From an uncultured Pseudomonadales bacterium (GTDB taxonomy: Bacteria > Patescibacteriota > Microgenomatia > UBA1400 > MFAQ01): a stretch of DNA of 64,000 nt. Made by a program: the position numbers and the translations under genes. This document shows, piece by piece, positions 38,879-48,615 of the stretch. Within the stretch, counting starts at the first letter, position 1. Each line of letters opens with the position of its first letter. The stretch lies in the NCBI GenBank assembly GCA_964357975.1, contig CAYHNG010000002.1, forward strand, positions 4,560 through 68,559, in the 5' to 3' direction. A model generated the notes under the pieces. It was not told the DNA's origin, ran no database searches, and worked only from the letters and a program-made list of their open reading frames with translations.

Positions 38879-39875
38879 ACCAGGCTTCCGGTGGTAACTG
38901 TAACTGTGGGTAGATCCTGGTGATGGCCTGATCTTTTGAAAGTATCCAAACCAGACCTTTATTTTCCGAGAAAAGCACCATGTCGTTTTTTTGATTTACT
39001 GACGGTTTTATTTTCAGATTTAGTCTATTGATTTGTGAAGAGCTGGTGATAATTTGTTTGAATTGCTGTTTGCCGATATCGACCAACATGATGAAGTCGA
39101 GTAACCTTGGTTTGGTGACTTTTTCGACTAGATATAATTCGTCTTTTAGCCAAAAAGTGATAGATTCTTTGGTCGTATCGTCGAGCTTTATTTTGTTTAA
39201 TCCTTCGATATAAAGATACAAATACTCATTGTCTGTTGCGACGACGACCTTATTGTTTGAAGTGATTGAGATCGGATTGAACTGATTGGCTGTTTTAGCT
39301 ATCTCCGATTTTTGATTAGTGAGAAGGTTAACTACGTATAGTGATTTCTTGTCCTCAGACAAGGCGATAATCGAATTTGGTTTTTCGTACCAAATATAAC
39401 TAAAATACTCTCTTTCTTTTTGAGTGATGTCTTTTTCGACTAGAGTTTTCAAATTTAAAATTTTTTCTTTTTCAGGGGAGATTACCAAAGCCTCGCCATT
39501 GCTATTCAGGAGAGCAACTTCATTATTAGCAAGTTTTTTTATGGCTGTATTTGTGTAGGGGTTAAATATTTGTTGGTCCTTTATGACAATAGGAATATCA
39601 CCCATCCAACCTAATGATATGCTTTTATCTGAATTTGGAAGATGCCAAAACATAAACTGATACTGTTTCATGAACTTTTCAAACTCTGATTCGATTTGCA
39701 TAGTTGGTTGGACGGTAGGTTGCGTTTTTGTAGGTTCTAGAGGCTGGGGCGATGATGAAAATGGTTTGCGACTTTTGGTGAGGGTGTTTTGAGCGAATAG
39801 AATTAGTATGAGGAAGATAATTCCAATTACGATTATTAGCGTGGTTTTTTTGATTCGAGCTAGATTTAAGGACAT
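38862..39875 (-). CDS. Hypothetical membrane-anchored, beta-rich extracellular protein
   Basis: N-terminal TM, PT linker, alternating beta-strand pattern; last gene of the virB4 operon. Confidence 0.6.
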   Translation of the reverse strand: MSLNLARIKKTTLIIVIGIIFLILILFAQNTLTKSRKPFSSSPQPLEPTKTQPTVQPTMQIESEFEKFMKQYQFMFWHLPNSDKSISLGWMGDIPIVIKDQQIFNPYTNTAIKKLANNEVALLNSNGEALVISPEKEKILNLKTLVEKDITQKEREYFSYIWYEKPNSIIALSEDKKSLYVVNLLTNQKSEIAKTANQFNPISITSNNKVVVATDNEYLYLYIEGLNKIKLDDTTKESITFWLKDELYLVEKVTKPRLLDFIMLVDIGKQQFKQIITSSSQINRLNLKIKPSVNQKNDMVLFSENKGLVWILSKDQAITRIYPQLQLPPEAWSNSAP

Positions 39876-42607
39876 TGTTGTTTGACTCGATTAATAAAAT
39901 AATCCAAAAATTCTACACCAGGATCATTCTTTCCCGGTCGTAATTCGTAATGCCCAAAGATCTGAGTGTAGGGAATATGGTACTGCTTCATCATAAAACA
40001 AGTAGAATTGACGGAAGACTGAATTTCTGCTTCACTGGGTGATTTTTCCTCCGGTTTGGTGGGAGATGTTCCGGGCGGAATAAACCAAGCTCCTACCATT
40101 TCATTGTTGAGACAGTAGTTATTTTCATTCCCCCCAACACAGTAGGCGAGCTCCGCCTTCTTTTCCCACATTTGTTGCCATTGCTGAACCGAGCCGTCTT
40201 GGTCGGTGCCAATTTGGCAAGAGAGACCCCTTTCTACAAGGGTATTGTAGGTGACATCATTGTTGGTCCAACCGCCACTCCAGTGGATGGTGATTTTGGT
40301 GGGGATGATACAGTAGCCGGATCTTCCTGGTCCAGTCAGAAGTTTTTTAACTACAGGGAATGATCCTGCCTGTACCATAATTTCGGCACCAGAGTCTTCT
40401 CCACAGTCCAGATTGTATACTCCACCACCAGGTTCTGTTCCTGGTCCCGGTCCACCACCCGGCCCTCCACCACCGCCATATTCTGCATAATCGACCTTAC
40501 TAAGACTATCGAATTGAACAATGGTGGAGAGGATGGGAGCAATTAAATAAGATATGGCAACATAAAGTCCTACGACAATGATAGCTCCGATAATGATACC
40601 TATGGCAGAAATCACGGCAATCTGGACAGATCTTCTGAGAATGATTAGTCCACGTATAAAAGTGGTCCCTGCGGTGACGGCGACCGCTCCTGCAGCAACG
40701 ACGGGAATAATCAAATCTCTAGATCTGAATTTGTCTCCCCAGCCCAGTTCTCTCCAAGTATTATCTAATCCTTTTTTGGCTAGACCGATGGTTTGTTCAG
40801 CAACAAAAATGATGGCTTGAATGGCAACATCAACGATGACTCCTAGTCCGGGAATAATGGCATTGAGAGACTCGGCCGTCACACTAATACCAAGCTTGAC
40901 AGCGGCCCAGGTAACGACTTTGACAGCCGCTTTGGAAAGAGCTTGAGAAGCTAGCTTTTTGACTCCATCTTTAAGACCCTCCCTCAACAACAGGTTAGGG
41001 GCATTTTTGAGAGCCTCACTCCCGAATCTTTCAACCAACCTCTTGGCTATTTGTTCGCCGGCTTTTTTACCGGCCCATTGTTTGAGAGATCCAACCGGGT
41101 TCGTAACTATACCGATGATTTGGTTGCCTTTACTTACAGCCTGAAGAACATCTTTGCCGAGTTTGGAGTTTTCTATCTCACGGATAGAGCGTCTGGCGGC
41201 TTGAAAAACTTTGGTATTGTTGGCGAGAAACTTAGCGGTAGCCGAATTGGGGTTGGTGGTGGCGTATTTTTCGGCTTGGCGAAGAACACTACCGGAAACT
41301 CCTTTGGAATAGGCCAGTATGGCCTGACCTTGACCTCCTCCAATGATGGCGGCGGCTTGGGCACCTTCATAACTGGCATACTGGTGAATTCCGGGAATGT
41401 CTTTTTGAATAACAGTGATCAGTCCGGCGATTTTGTCCAGATCCGAAAAACCTCTGGGTTCGATTCCTTTGCTCTTGAAGGCATTATCGTATAGATTCTC
41501 CTGGATCTTAAAAACTTTGTCGTTAGCAGCATTAGAGAATTCCAAGAGATCCTGGTCTTTTTTTTGATGATCGGCTATTGCCGAAGTGTGTTGTTTGTAT
41601 CTCTCTGATTGGGAGTCAACAAAATCAGTAAACCGGGTGGATGTTTTGTTGAGACTAGAGGTGAGACTAGAGTTGACTTTGAGCAATTCAGCAAGTTGTT
41701 TCTCTTCGGAAGCAGAAAGGGTGGCTTTTGAATGCAGAATATCGATGGCGGCTTCGTTTTGGGACAACTTATCTTCAATGTCTCTGATTTCCAGTTCGAT
41801 ATCATTAATTTCTTCAACTACTTCCGAGACAAAAGAAGTGGAAATATCTTTCACTCCTAGTTGAAGAGAAACTGTTTGAATAGCAACATCAAGATCGATG
41901 ATACCGATGGTGTTTAGTTCGACTGCCTGCGAAATTATTTGGTTTTGAAGATGTGGTGAGAGTTCTTCAAAACCTTCATAGGTAAAGGCTATACGCTGGA
42001 CAGCTTTGTAAGATGGTGCAAGTGTATTTTTTACTGAGCCATCTTTGGGTGAGCCGAGATCAACAATGGTTTTGTCGATATCACGAAATTTTTCTCCCGC
42101 CTCTTCGCGTTCACGGCGATTGGCCATGATTTGTTCGCGGATATTGGAATGAGCGAGAGCAATCTTGACTTGTTCGGCGACGGTGCGTTGACCACTGGAC
42201 TTAACCTCCTTTTCGTTTAACCGAGCTTGATTTTGACGATATTCTTCGACGAGACCTTCAATTTCCGGGGGAACAGAAGTCTCCTCCTTAACAGATTGTC
42301 TTCCTCCTTCTCCCTCGTCCTGATTTGAAAGCCAACTGTAGAAATTGATAATTTCTTGTATTTCAACAGCATCAGAAACAAACTTTTTAAAATTATTGGT
42401 GTTAACTAAATGATTTTCAACCAGAGAAGTGGGCCATAAAGTGATCTTTTTGTTGATCTTCTTAAGTTGTTTGAAATAGTTGTGGTAATAACCAGAGCCG
42501 ACACTAAACCATTGAAAGATATCATTCTGATTTTTTTCGGTTATTTCGCTTCGGAGTGCCTTTTGAACTTGTCCCAGCTCGTATATTTCTGTCTCGTAAT
42601 TGGCCAT
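39866..42607 (-). CDS. Large coiled-coil/TM protein with C-terminal N-acetylmuramoyl-L-alanine amidase (Amidase_2-like) domain
   Basis: Heptad-rich N-half, TM segments, G/P linker, ITIHWSGG and IFGHYEL...KNDPG zinc-amidase motifs. Confidence 0.72.
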   Translation of the reverse strand: MANYETEIYELGQVQKALRSEITEKNQNDIFQWFSVGSGYYHNYFKQLKKINKKITLWPTSLVENHLVNTNNFKKFVSDAVEIQEIINFYSWLSNQDEGEGGRQSVKEETSVPPEIEGLVEEYRQNQARLNEKEVKSSGQRTVAEQVKIALAHSNIREQIMANRREREEAGEKFRDIDKTIVDLGSPKDGSVKNTLAPSYKAVQRIAFTYEGFEELSPHLQNQIISQAVELNTIGIIDLDVAIQTVSLQLGVKDISTSFVSEVVEEINDIELEIRDIEDKLSQNEAAIDILHSKATLSASEEKQLAELLKVNSSLTSSLNKTSTRFTDFVDSQSERYKQHTSAIADHQKKDQDLLEFSNAANDKVFKIQENLYDNAFKSKGIEPRGFSDLDKIAGLITVIQKDIPGIHQYASYEGAQAAAIIGGGQGQAILAYSKGVSGSVLRQAEKYATTNPNSATAKFLANNTKVFQAARRSIREIENSKLGKDVLQAVSKGNQIIGIVTNPVGSLKQWAGKKAGEQIAKRLVERFGSEALKNAPNLLLREGLKDGVKKLASQALSKAAVKVVTWAAVKLGISVTAESLNAIIPGLGVIVDVAIQAIIFVAEQTIGLAKKGLDNTWRELGWGDKFRSRDLIIPVVAAGAVAVTAGTTFIRGLIILRRSVQIAVISAIGIIIGAIIVVGLYVAISYLIAPILSTIVQFDSLSKVDYAEYGGGGGPGGGPGPGTEPGGGVYNLDCGEDSGAEIMVQAGSFPVVKKLLTGPGRSGYCIIPTKITIHWSGGWTNNDVTYNTLVERGLSCQIGTDQDGSVQQWQQMWEKKAELAYCVGGNENNYCLNNEMVGAWFIPPGTSPTKPEEKSPSEAEIQSSVNSTCFMMKQYHIPYTQIFGHYELRPGKNDPGVEFLDYFINRVKQQCP

Positions 42608-42609
42608 AG

Positions 42610-44514
42610 TTAGGGATTAGATGGCTCGGCGATTTCTTGGGGTTGGTCCTGAGAAGCGGCTTCGGCGGCGGCACGAAGTTTGTCTTGCTTTTGCCGTTCA
42701 AGAATCTCAGCCGGCTTACTGGTAGCCAGAGCGTGTTCATCAGCAGAGGAAATAATTTTGATGGCCACGTGATTCATGCCAGCAAAGAAGATACCTTCTC
42801 CAACGCCGGCCGAAAGAAGTAATTGTTTCTCCCCTTGAGAGAGATAGAAGACTTCGGAGATTTGATTGATAGCGGCGGATGACTGTTTGAGTAGTAATTT
42901 GAGAGCCGAGTTGGTGATGATGGCTTTGCCGTAGGCTGAACCCAGAAAGTCGTCAACGTTTTGTGAAATGATGGAAACACCGAAGTAATACTTACGTGCG
43001 CGTTTGACAAAGCCTTGAAGGATTTTGGCTGAATCTTCATAGCGCATCAAGTACCAAGCTTCATCAACGACGAGCATTCTTTTGCGAAGATTTTTGCGAA
43101 CTTCGTTCCAAACAAAGTCCAAAATCATAAACATAATGATGGGCCGAATCTCATCGGCGGTATCCCGGAGGGTAAAAACAGTAATGGGAGCATTGATATC
43201 AATATTGCTCTGCTGATCGAAGATACCTTTGACGGCACCCATGACGAAACGTTCAAGCCTGGCGGCTAGTGTTTTACTAACAGCTTCTTCCATACCGATC
43301 AGGGAACGATAAAGATCTTCCATGCGTGGTGGTTCGAGAGTGTGAGTGGATGGGTCTTCGGTAATGCCTTTTTGGCGATAAGTGAGAACAAGAGCGCGGT
43401 TCATGGTAGCTTCTTCAATGGGATCCATTTGACCAATCATGATTTTGAGAAGAGACATGAGGAAAAGGTATTTGTAGCCCATTTCGTCTTCGGTACTCTC
43501 TTTGGGTCGAGCAATTTGGAAGGGATTAATTTTGTGGGAGGCGCTGGCCGAAAAAGAGAGGTAGTTACCACCGACCGATTTGGTGACCATTTCGTACTCG
43601 TTTTCAGGGTCGAGAATAATTACCTGGCAATCGAACATAAGAGATCGAAGAATCTCGAGCTTAACAGCAAAAGATTTTCCGGCACCGGAAGTGGCTAAAA
43701 TGAGCATGTTAGCATTTTCGAGGGAGAAACGGTCGAAAATAACGAGAGAGTCGTTATGGGCGTTGATCCCGTAAAGAATTCCTTGATTATCGGAGAGTTC
43801 GGAGGAAGTAAAAGGGAAAGTCGTGGACAGAGCAGTGGTGTCCATATTTCTTGTGAGCATAAGTTTATCCTTGCAATAGGGAAGAGTGCTTTTGAATGCA
43901 TCTTCCATTGAGAGGGATGCAATCTTGCTGATGATTAAAAGTGACGCCAACATAGATTGAATTTGGGCGGTAGAGGTATCCAATTCTTTTTCGGATTCGG
44001 CGGAGATGCTGACATAGAGTGAGAATTGAAAAAACTTCTCGGCGCCTTTGACAAGCTGAGATTGGAGAACTTTGGCGTCTTCGAGACCGGCTTCGGTAGC
44101 GGCACGAGGAATGCGACCTCGTTCGATATCGGTGTTTATTTCAGCTTCCATCTCGGCAATACGGCGGCGTAAACTATCGAGAGTATCTTTGGAGTCTGAG
44201 GGGTAGATAAACATGGAAATGTCCAAAGAGTGGTTGAAGTTGATTAAAGGAGAGAGCCAGTTGGCGGAAACGTAGCGAGGATAACCGGTGACAAAAAGAG
44301 TACGGATATAAACATCGTCAATTTTGATGTGAGAAAAATCGACTTCAACGGCAGAAGGGGCGATAATATCTTGGATAGATTGACTAGAAGCGGCGGATTT
44401 TTGATCTACAGTTGAGGGAGTAGCTTGCGTGACATTAGAAACCGGCGGGGTGACGGGTGTAGAGGTAGCCGGTACGCTTTGTTTTTTGCCAAGAGAAAAA
44501 AGGTTCAAAGCCAT
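42610..44514 (-). CDS. VirB4-like type IV secretion ATPase
   Basis: NANMLILATSGAGKS, ILDPENEY, LVVDEAW, RARKY, SQNVDDFL. Confidence 0.9.
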   Translation of the reverse strand: MALNLFSLGKKQSVPATSTPVTPPVSNVTQATPSTVDQKSAASSQSIQDIIAPSAVEVDFSHIKIDDVYIRTLFVTGYPRYVSANWLSPLINFNHSLDISMFIYPSDSKDTLDSLRRRIAEMEAEINTDIERGRIPRAATEAGLEDAKVLQSQLVKGAEKFFQFSLYVSISAESEKELDTSTAQIQSMLASLLIISKIASLSMEDAFKSTLPYCKDKLMLTRNMDTTALSTTFPFTSSELSDNQGILYGINAHNDSLVIFDRFSLENANMLILATSGAGKSFAVKLEILRSLMFDCQVIILDPENEYEMVTKSVGGNYLSFSASASHKINPFQIARPKESTEDEMGYKYLFLMSLLKIMIGQMDPIEEATMNRALVLTYRQKGITEDPSTHTLEPPRMEDLYRSLIGMEEAVSKTLAARLERFVMGAVKGIFDQQSNIDINAPITVFTLRDTADEIRPIIMFMILDFVWNEVRKNLRKRMLVVDEAWYLMRYEDSAKILQGFVKRARKYYFGVSIISQNVDDFLGSAYGKAIITNSALKLLLKQSSAAINQISEVFYLSQGEKQLLLSAGVGEGIFFAGMNHVAIKIISSADEHALATSKPAEILERQKQDKLRAAAEAASQDQPQEIAEPSNP

Positions 44515-44543
44515 GATTTAAGTATAACTGAAGTTAGGAAGTT

Positions 44544-45194
44544 TTAGGAGGCGTTTGATCTTCCTGGAGTGATTGCCTGAGTAACACTGCCTTGATTGTA
44601 GATAGTATAAAAGAGAGTGACCAATTCACTGGTAGTTAGCTGGTTAGCCTTAAGACCGATCCTGGCGAACTGACGAATAATGTGATCGCGTCTGGGGTAG
44701 AGAGCCATAGAAGCTTTCTCTTCGATATACTGCAGATCGAAAGGAGGTTTTTGGGGTGATTTGGATAGAGGATTGAAGCTGGATTTGGTCAGACCCAGTT
44801 CGACCGCAGAGAAAGAGACGATAACGTAAAACTTTTTTTCGAGGACACGATTTTCTTTGACAAGAGACTTTACAAATTGCCGATAGGAAAGAAGCTGTTC
44901 TTTAACCTTCTGCGAAGGGGTAATCTGGATACGATTATCCAGAAGGTTAATGTAATCGGATATATTTTTGCGCTGTGATCTGATGAGAATTTGAATAGAG
45001 AAAGACAGCGAATTTAACAAACCGGCATAGCCGTAAATGGTAGCATCTTGCTCTTCTTCGGAAAGCAAATTGAAGTTGATGGCAGTGGTTTTGAGAACCA
45101 ATGAACAAGAACCATCTTTCAAAAAAATCAAATGGTTTTTGATGGTGTAGATGTCTAGGCTTTCCTGTGTTGAGGATTTGATGTTTTCGGACAT
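44544..45194 (-). CDS. VirB4-associated hypothetical protein
   Basis: INFNLLSEEEQ, LNSLSF.IQI motifs; sits between prgI and virB4. Confidence 0.65.
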   Translation of the reverse strand: MSENIKSSTQESLDIYTIKNHLIFLKDGSCSLVLKTTAINFNLLSEEEQDATIYGYAGLLNSLSFSIQILIRSQRKNISDYINLLDNRIQITPSQKVKEQLLSYRQFVKSLVKENRVLEKKFYVIVSFSAVELGLTKSSFNPLSKSPQKPPFDLQYIEEKASMALYPRRDHIIRQFARIGLKANQLTTSELVTLFYTIYNQGSVTQAITPGRSNAS

Positions 45195-45196
45195 GA

Positions 45197-46201
45197 TTAG
45201 ATGGCTTGAATTTTAAGAGGTCGAATAATGGCTCCGGAAAGGTCGAGAGAGTATGGGGAAAAAGTAAAATCTTCTTTTTCGGCCAGGATTTGATAAAGGC
45301 CATTTTCCAAAGGGCGGGCAAACATAAACTGGCCGAGTTTGTTACTTTTGGTAGCTCGGGAGGTGAGTCCGTTGTGTTGAATTTCCACCAGGACTCCGTC
45401 GAGAATTTTTCCTTCCGGGGTCAGAGTCAGGCCGACAAGAGTGTTGGGGGTCGTAGGGGTGAAAGGAATGGGGAGCTGGGCTACTTGGGAAGTTGTTGGT
45501 TCAGGGTTGCTGGTTATTTCAACCACAGGCTGATCTGCCTTTGGCTGAGGTGCGGGTGTGATGGAGGGGGATTTCTCCACTACGGTCGAAATGACGGGAG
45601 TGACTGACGCGGTGGGGGTGGGTGTAACGGATTCCGGTAGAGGAGCATTTGGGGTGATGATGACAGGAGTGATTTGGACAACGGGGGGTGACGTAATAGG
45701 GGTTGTGGAGTGAGATTCCTCCACTCGGGTACCAGCGGCCTCCGCTCCCGCCTGCAAAAGCTGTGCTTTAGTGTCTGCGGGCAAGTCGGTCGGAATGACA
45801 GATGGGGAAGTATCGGTGACACCAGTAGAGAGCTCGATACGAGCGTTAGAGACGGCTTGAGTACCAATATTGGGTCCGGTAGGTAAGGCCATATCCTCAT
45901 CTACTACTTTGGAATGTCTCCAAATATATTGAGTAGGTGAATAAATTGAGCGGATAAAAGCAAGAATCCAGACATCCAAAGAGCGTCCTTGAACCGGGAC
46001 AAAAGCCATACCTACTCCAAGAACAATAAAAAGAAAGGAGAGTGGATACTTAAAGAAGAAAGGCAATGGCAAACTGTAAATTACGATAGCCAGAACAATA
46101 GAGATGCCAAGTGAGGCGAACTGTTTGATGGTCATGTCACCGATCAGGCGGAAGCGGTAGGAACTGATGTCTTGTGGTAGTGGATGTTGTTGGATGGCCA
46201 T
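45197..46201 (-). CDS. PrgI family (VirB3-like) protein with PT-rich linker and C-terminal beta-sandwich
   Basis: QQHPLPQDI..Y.FRLIGDMT.KQF, two TMs, RATKSNKLGQF. Confidence 0.8.
   Translation of the reverse strand: MAIQQHPLPQDISSYRFRLIGDMTIKQFASLGISIVLAIVIYSLPLPFFFKYPLSFLFIVLGVGMAFVPVQGRSLDVWILAFIRSIYSPTQYIWRHSKVVDEDMALPTGPNIGTQAVSNARIELSTGVTDTSPSVIPTDLPADTKAQLLQAGAEAAGTRVEESHSTTPITSPPVVQITPVIITPNAPLPESVTPTPTASVTPVISTVVEKSPSITPAPQPKADQPVVEITSNPEPTTSQVAQLPIPFTPTTPNTLVGLTLTPEGKILDGVLVEIQHNGLTSRATKSNKLGQFMFARPLENGLYQILAEKEDFTFSPYSLDLSGAIIRPLKIQAI
45562..45799. repeat. Palindromic family A, copies 11 (45562-45595) and 12 (45706-45799), in frame in prgI
   Basis: GGATTTCTCCACTACGGTCGAAATGAC; GAGATTCCTCCACT...GGTCGGAATGAC with nested modules. 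Confidence 0.85.
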
Positions 46202-46329
46202 GTCGTAGTGCGAAGTGCTTGGTTATTGGTTGCTGGTTCGATGAGTCTAGTTAAGTATATCTTGTCTGGTGGAATTTGGGAAAAATATTCTATATATCTG
46301 CTGAGTTAAAATGTTAAGATGAGAGTGAG

Positions 46330-48579
46330 ATGCAATTTTTGTTGTGCAATTACAGATGGAAAGTTTGGAACAAGTTTTTTTATCGGGAGTTCGATGATGA
46401 TCTGGACTACGATGCATCAATTGATCCTCGCAAACTACATAATAAAAAAAGAACAAAGAAGAAATTTGAGGGGGGGAAAAAGGGAGGAGTTAAACGAGGA
46501 GAAGAGATGCTGGTGATGGACAGTCAAGAACCTGCTGTGGAAGAAGTAAATAAACCTAAGACAAGAAGTGTTGTGCGGTTGGAACAAATGGGGTTTTCAA
46601 GTAGTGAGAGTGGAAGCAGCTTGGAGCGAGCGTTGGCGTTCGACGTTCTTGCTAGAGTATTGGCCTTACCCGAAGGAACAGTTTTGAAGCTGGAAATTCC
46701 AGTAATAAAAGAAGGGGAGAGAGTTGTTGAAACACAGGATATTGAATTGAATTTAGAAGCTTTTCGAGAGGATAAAGATGGTGAAATTTTTAAAGCTCTA
46801 GCGCGCCATTTTTGGCAAGATCTAGCCGCGCACGGGATCGAACAGGCTTCAAAGGAAGTGGGTCAACAACCAAAAATGTTACAGTATTCCGATGCGGACG
46901 GAGAACTTTGCTTGAGGTTTATGAGGGAAGCTGGGATAAAAAGTCCAGGTATCGAGTATGTAAAAAAAGGTGATCATGCCACTGGAAAAGTCACGGTGGA
47001 CAGTGGAGGTAAAAACGGTATCTTTGTCGAACTAAATTGGGTTGGAAATCCTGGAGAAGAAAGATGGGTGGTAACGACAAGGGTTGATCACCACGGTGAA
47101 GGTGACGACGCTAGTCCAAGCGCCGCGGAGATTATTTACAAGGCGCTAGTAGGTTTGGGTCTGTTGGAGAGTAAGGTCAGCTACGAAAAAGCGGTTGAAT
47201 TTTTGAACGCTACAGATAGTGGAAATATTCCTGGAGTTTTGAGTAAAGAAGAGATGCCAAATTATTTTAAGAATAAGTTTGCAAAATCTTTGTATGGCTT
47301 GCAAGAATTCTTAACAGGAGAAGACATAATAACAGTATTTAAAATGAACGGAAAGCCTCTTGAAGAGTTATCTCCAAAACAGAAGGAGGCTATTAAGACA
47401 AAAGGTTTTACCAAAGCAAAAGAAGGTGAAACAAAAATTGACAAAAGAATTGCGCAAGTCCAAGAGAAGGTTAATAAATCAATTACGGCAATAGAGAAGT
47501 TGATTGCAGAAGGTTGTGTGCTGGAGACGGAAAAGTACGGACGCATTCTAGTGGATATTGGAGGAACGGTTCCTTTGACAGCTAGAGCGGCGAGACTAAT
47601 GGGATTTGATGGATATATAAATTGGAAGCCGGAAGATAAGTTTTTTATGGTAGTGGCTGATAATAAAATTGATTTTGATTTAAAAGATGGTATTAAAGTC
47701 AGAAATATGTGGATCAAGAAAGATGGTGCCGGGTTGGAGATTGGCTTGGGAGATATTGTGAAGGAAATGAAAGGTGAAAAGGGAAGGCTTGGAAAAGGCT
47801 TGGAAACTTATTTGGGTGTGACTGCTGCGACAGAAGAGACTAAAGCTAAGGAAAGACTGGTTTGGTATGACGAGATTTTGGAGGATTTGGATAAGATTAC
47901 ACTGTTGGACGATGAAATGGTCGTTAATGGAGAAAGGCTACGAGAGGGTATGTATTCTGGTCAAGAGGATGCATTAATAATAAAAATGGATGAAGTCCGC
48001 CGTGATACAGCCGCGAAACTCAGAAAGAAGGGGATTAAACTGGAAACACTTTCGATAGATCCGAACAGAGTAAAAGAATACAAACTTCGAAGAGACTTAC
48101 GGGCGGCGGTGGAGTATTTGAGAGAGGAAAATGTTTCACAGGAGGCGAGGGAAGTTTGGAAGACTAGGGCAGAAGCTGTTGTGTTTTTGAATGGAATTGG
48201 CATAGGGGATCGTGTTGGAGTGGATTACTTGCCGGATTCTGAGGATGCGAAGGAGGTGAAAGAGGCAGTGTCCGTGCCTGTGACTGAAAATAAAGAGGAG
48301 AGAAAGGCTAGGATTGAAAATATGTTAATCCAACTATCCGAGCTGGGTGATGCAGGTGGGGAAAGGGAGGCTATTTTAGCCTCGTTGGAAGCTGAAGGGA
48401 TAAAGGTAAGGAAGTTCTTGGCGGATATGGAGAAAGCCGCACCTGGTAAATCTAAGGACTTGATGCTGCAACTTAGAGCCGTAGTAGAGGTTTGGAGGAT
48501 GAGTGAAGTAAAAAAAGCCGAGTTTCCCGCCATGACGAAGATTGCTGGTGCCTACGCACGCTTGTTGGGTCTTGGGTGA
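46330..48579 (+). CDS. Large charged protein with a DHH phosphoesterase-like domain (start uncertain)
   Basis: SDADG, VTVDSG, VDHH, SAA and TDSG occur in DHH-family order. Confidence 0.55.
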   Translation: MQFLLCNYRWKVWNKFFYREFDDDLDYDASIDPRKLHNKKRTKKKFEGGKKGGVKRGEEMLVMDSQEPAVEEVNKPKTRSVVRLEQMGFSSSESGSSLERALAFDVLARVLALPEGTVLKLEIPVIKEGERVVETQDIELNLEAFREDKDGEIFKALARHFWQDLAAHGIEQASKEVGQQPKMLQYSDADGELCLRFMREAGIKSPGIEYVKKGDHATGKVTVDSGGKNGIFVELNWVGNPGEERWVVTTRVDHHGEGDDASPSAAEIIYKALVGLGLLESKVSYEKAVEFLNATDSGNIPGVLSKEEMPNYFKNKFAKSLYGLQEFLTGEDIITVFKMNGKPLEELSPKQKEAIKTKGFTKAKEGETKIDKRIAQVQEKVNKSITAIEKLIAEGCVLETEKYGRILVDIGGTVPLTARAARLMGFDGYINWKPEDKFFMVVADNKIDFDLKDGIKVRNMWIKKDGAGLEIGLGDIVKEMKGEKGRLGKGLETYLGVTAATEETKAKERLVWYDEILEDLDKITLLDDEMVVNGERLREGMYSGQEDALIIKMDEVRRDTAAKLRKKGIKLETLSIDPNRVKEYKLRRDLRAAVEYLREENVSQEAREVWKTRAEAVVFLNGIGIGDRVGVDYLPDSEDAKEVKEAVSVPVTENKEERKARIENMLIQLSELGDAGGEREAILASLEAEGIKVRKFLADMEKAAPGKSKDLMLQLRAVVEVWRMSEVKKAEFPAMTKIAGAYARLLGLG

Positions 48580-48615
48580 TATAATTGAGGCTGAGATTAG
48601 ATATATTTTTCAAAA

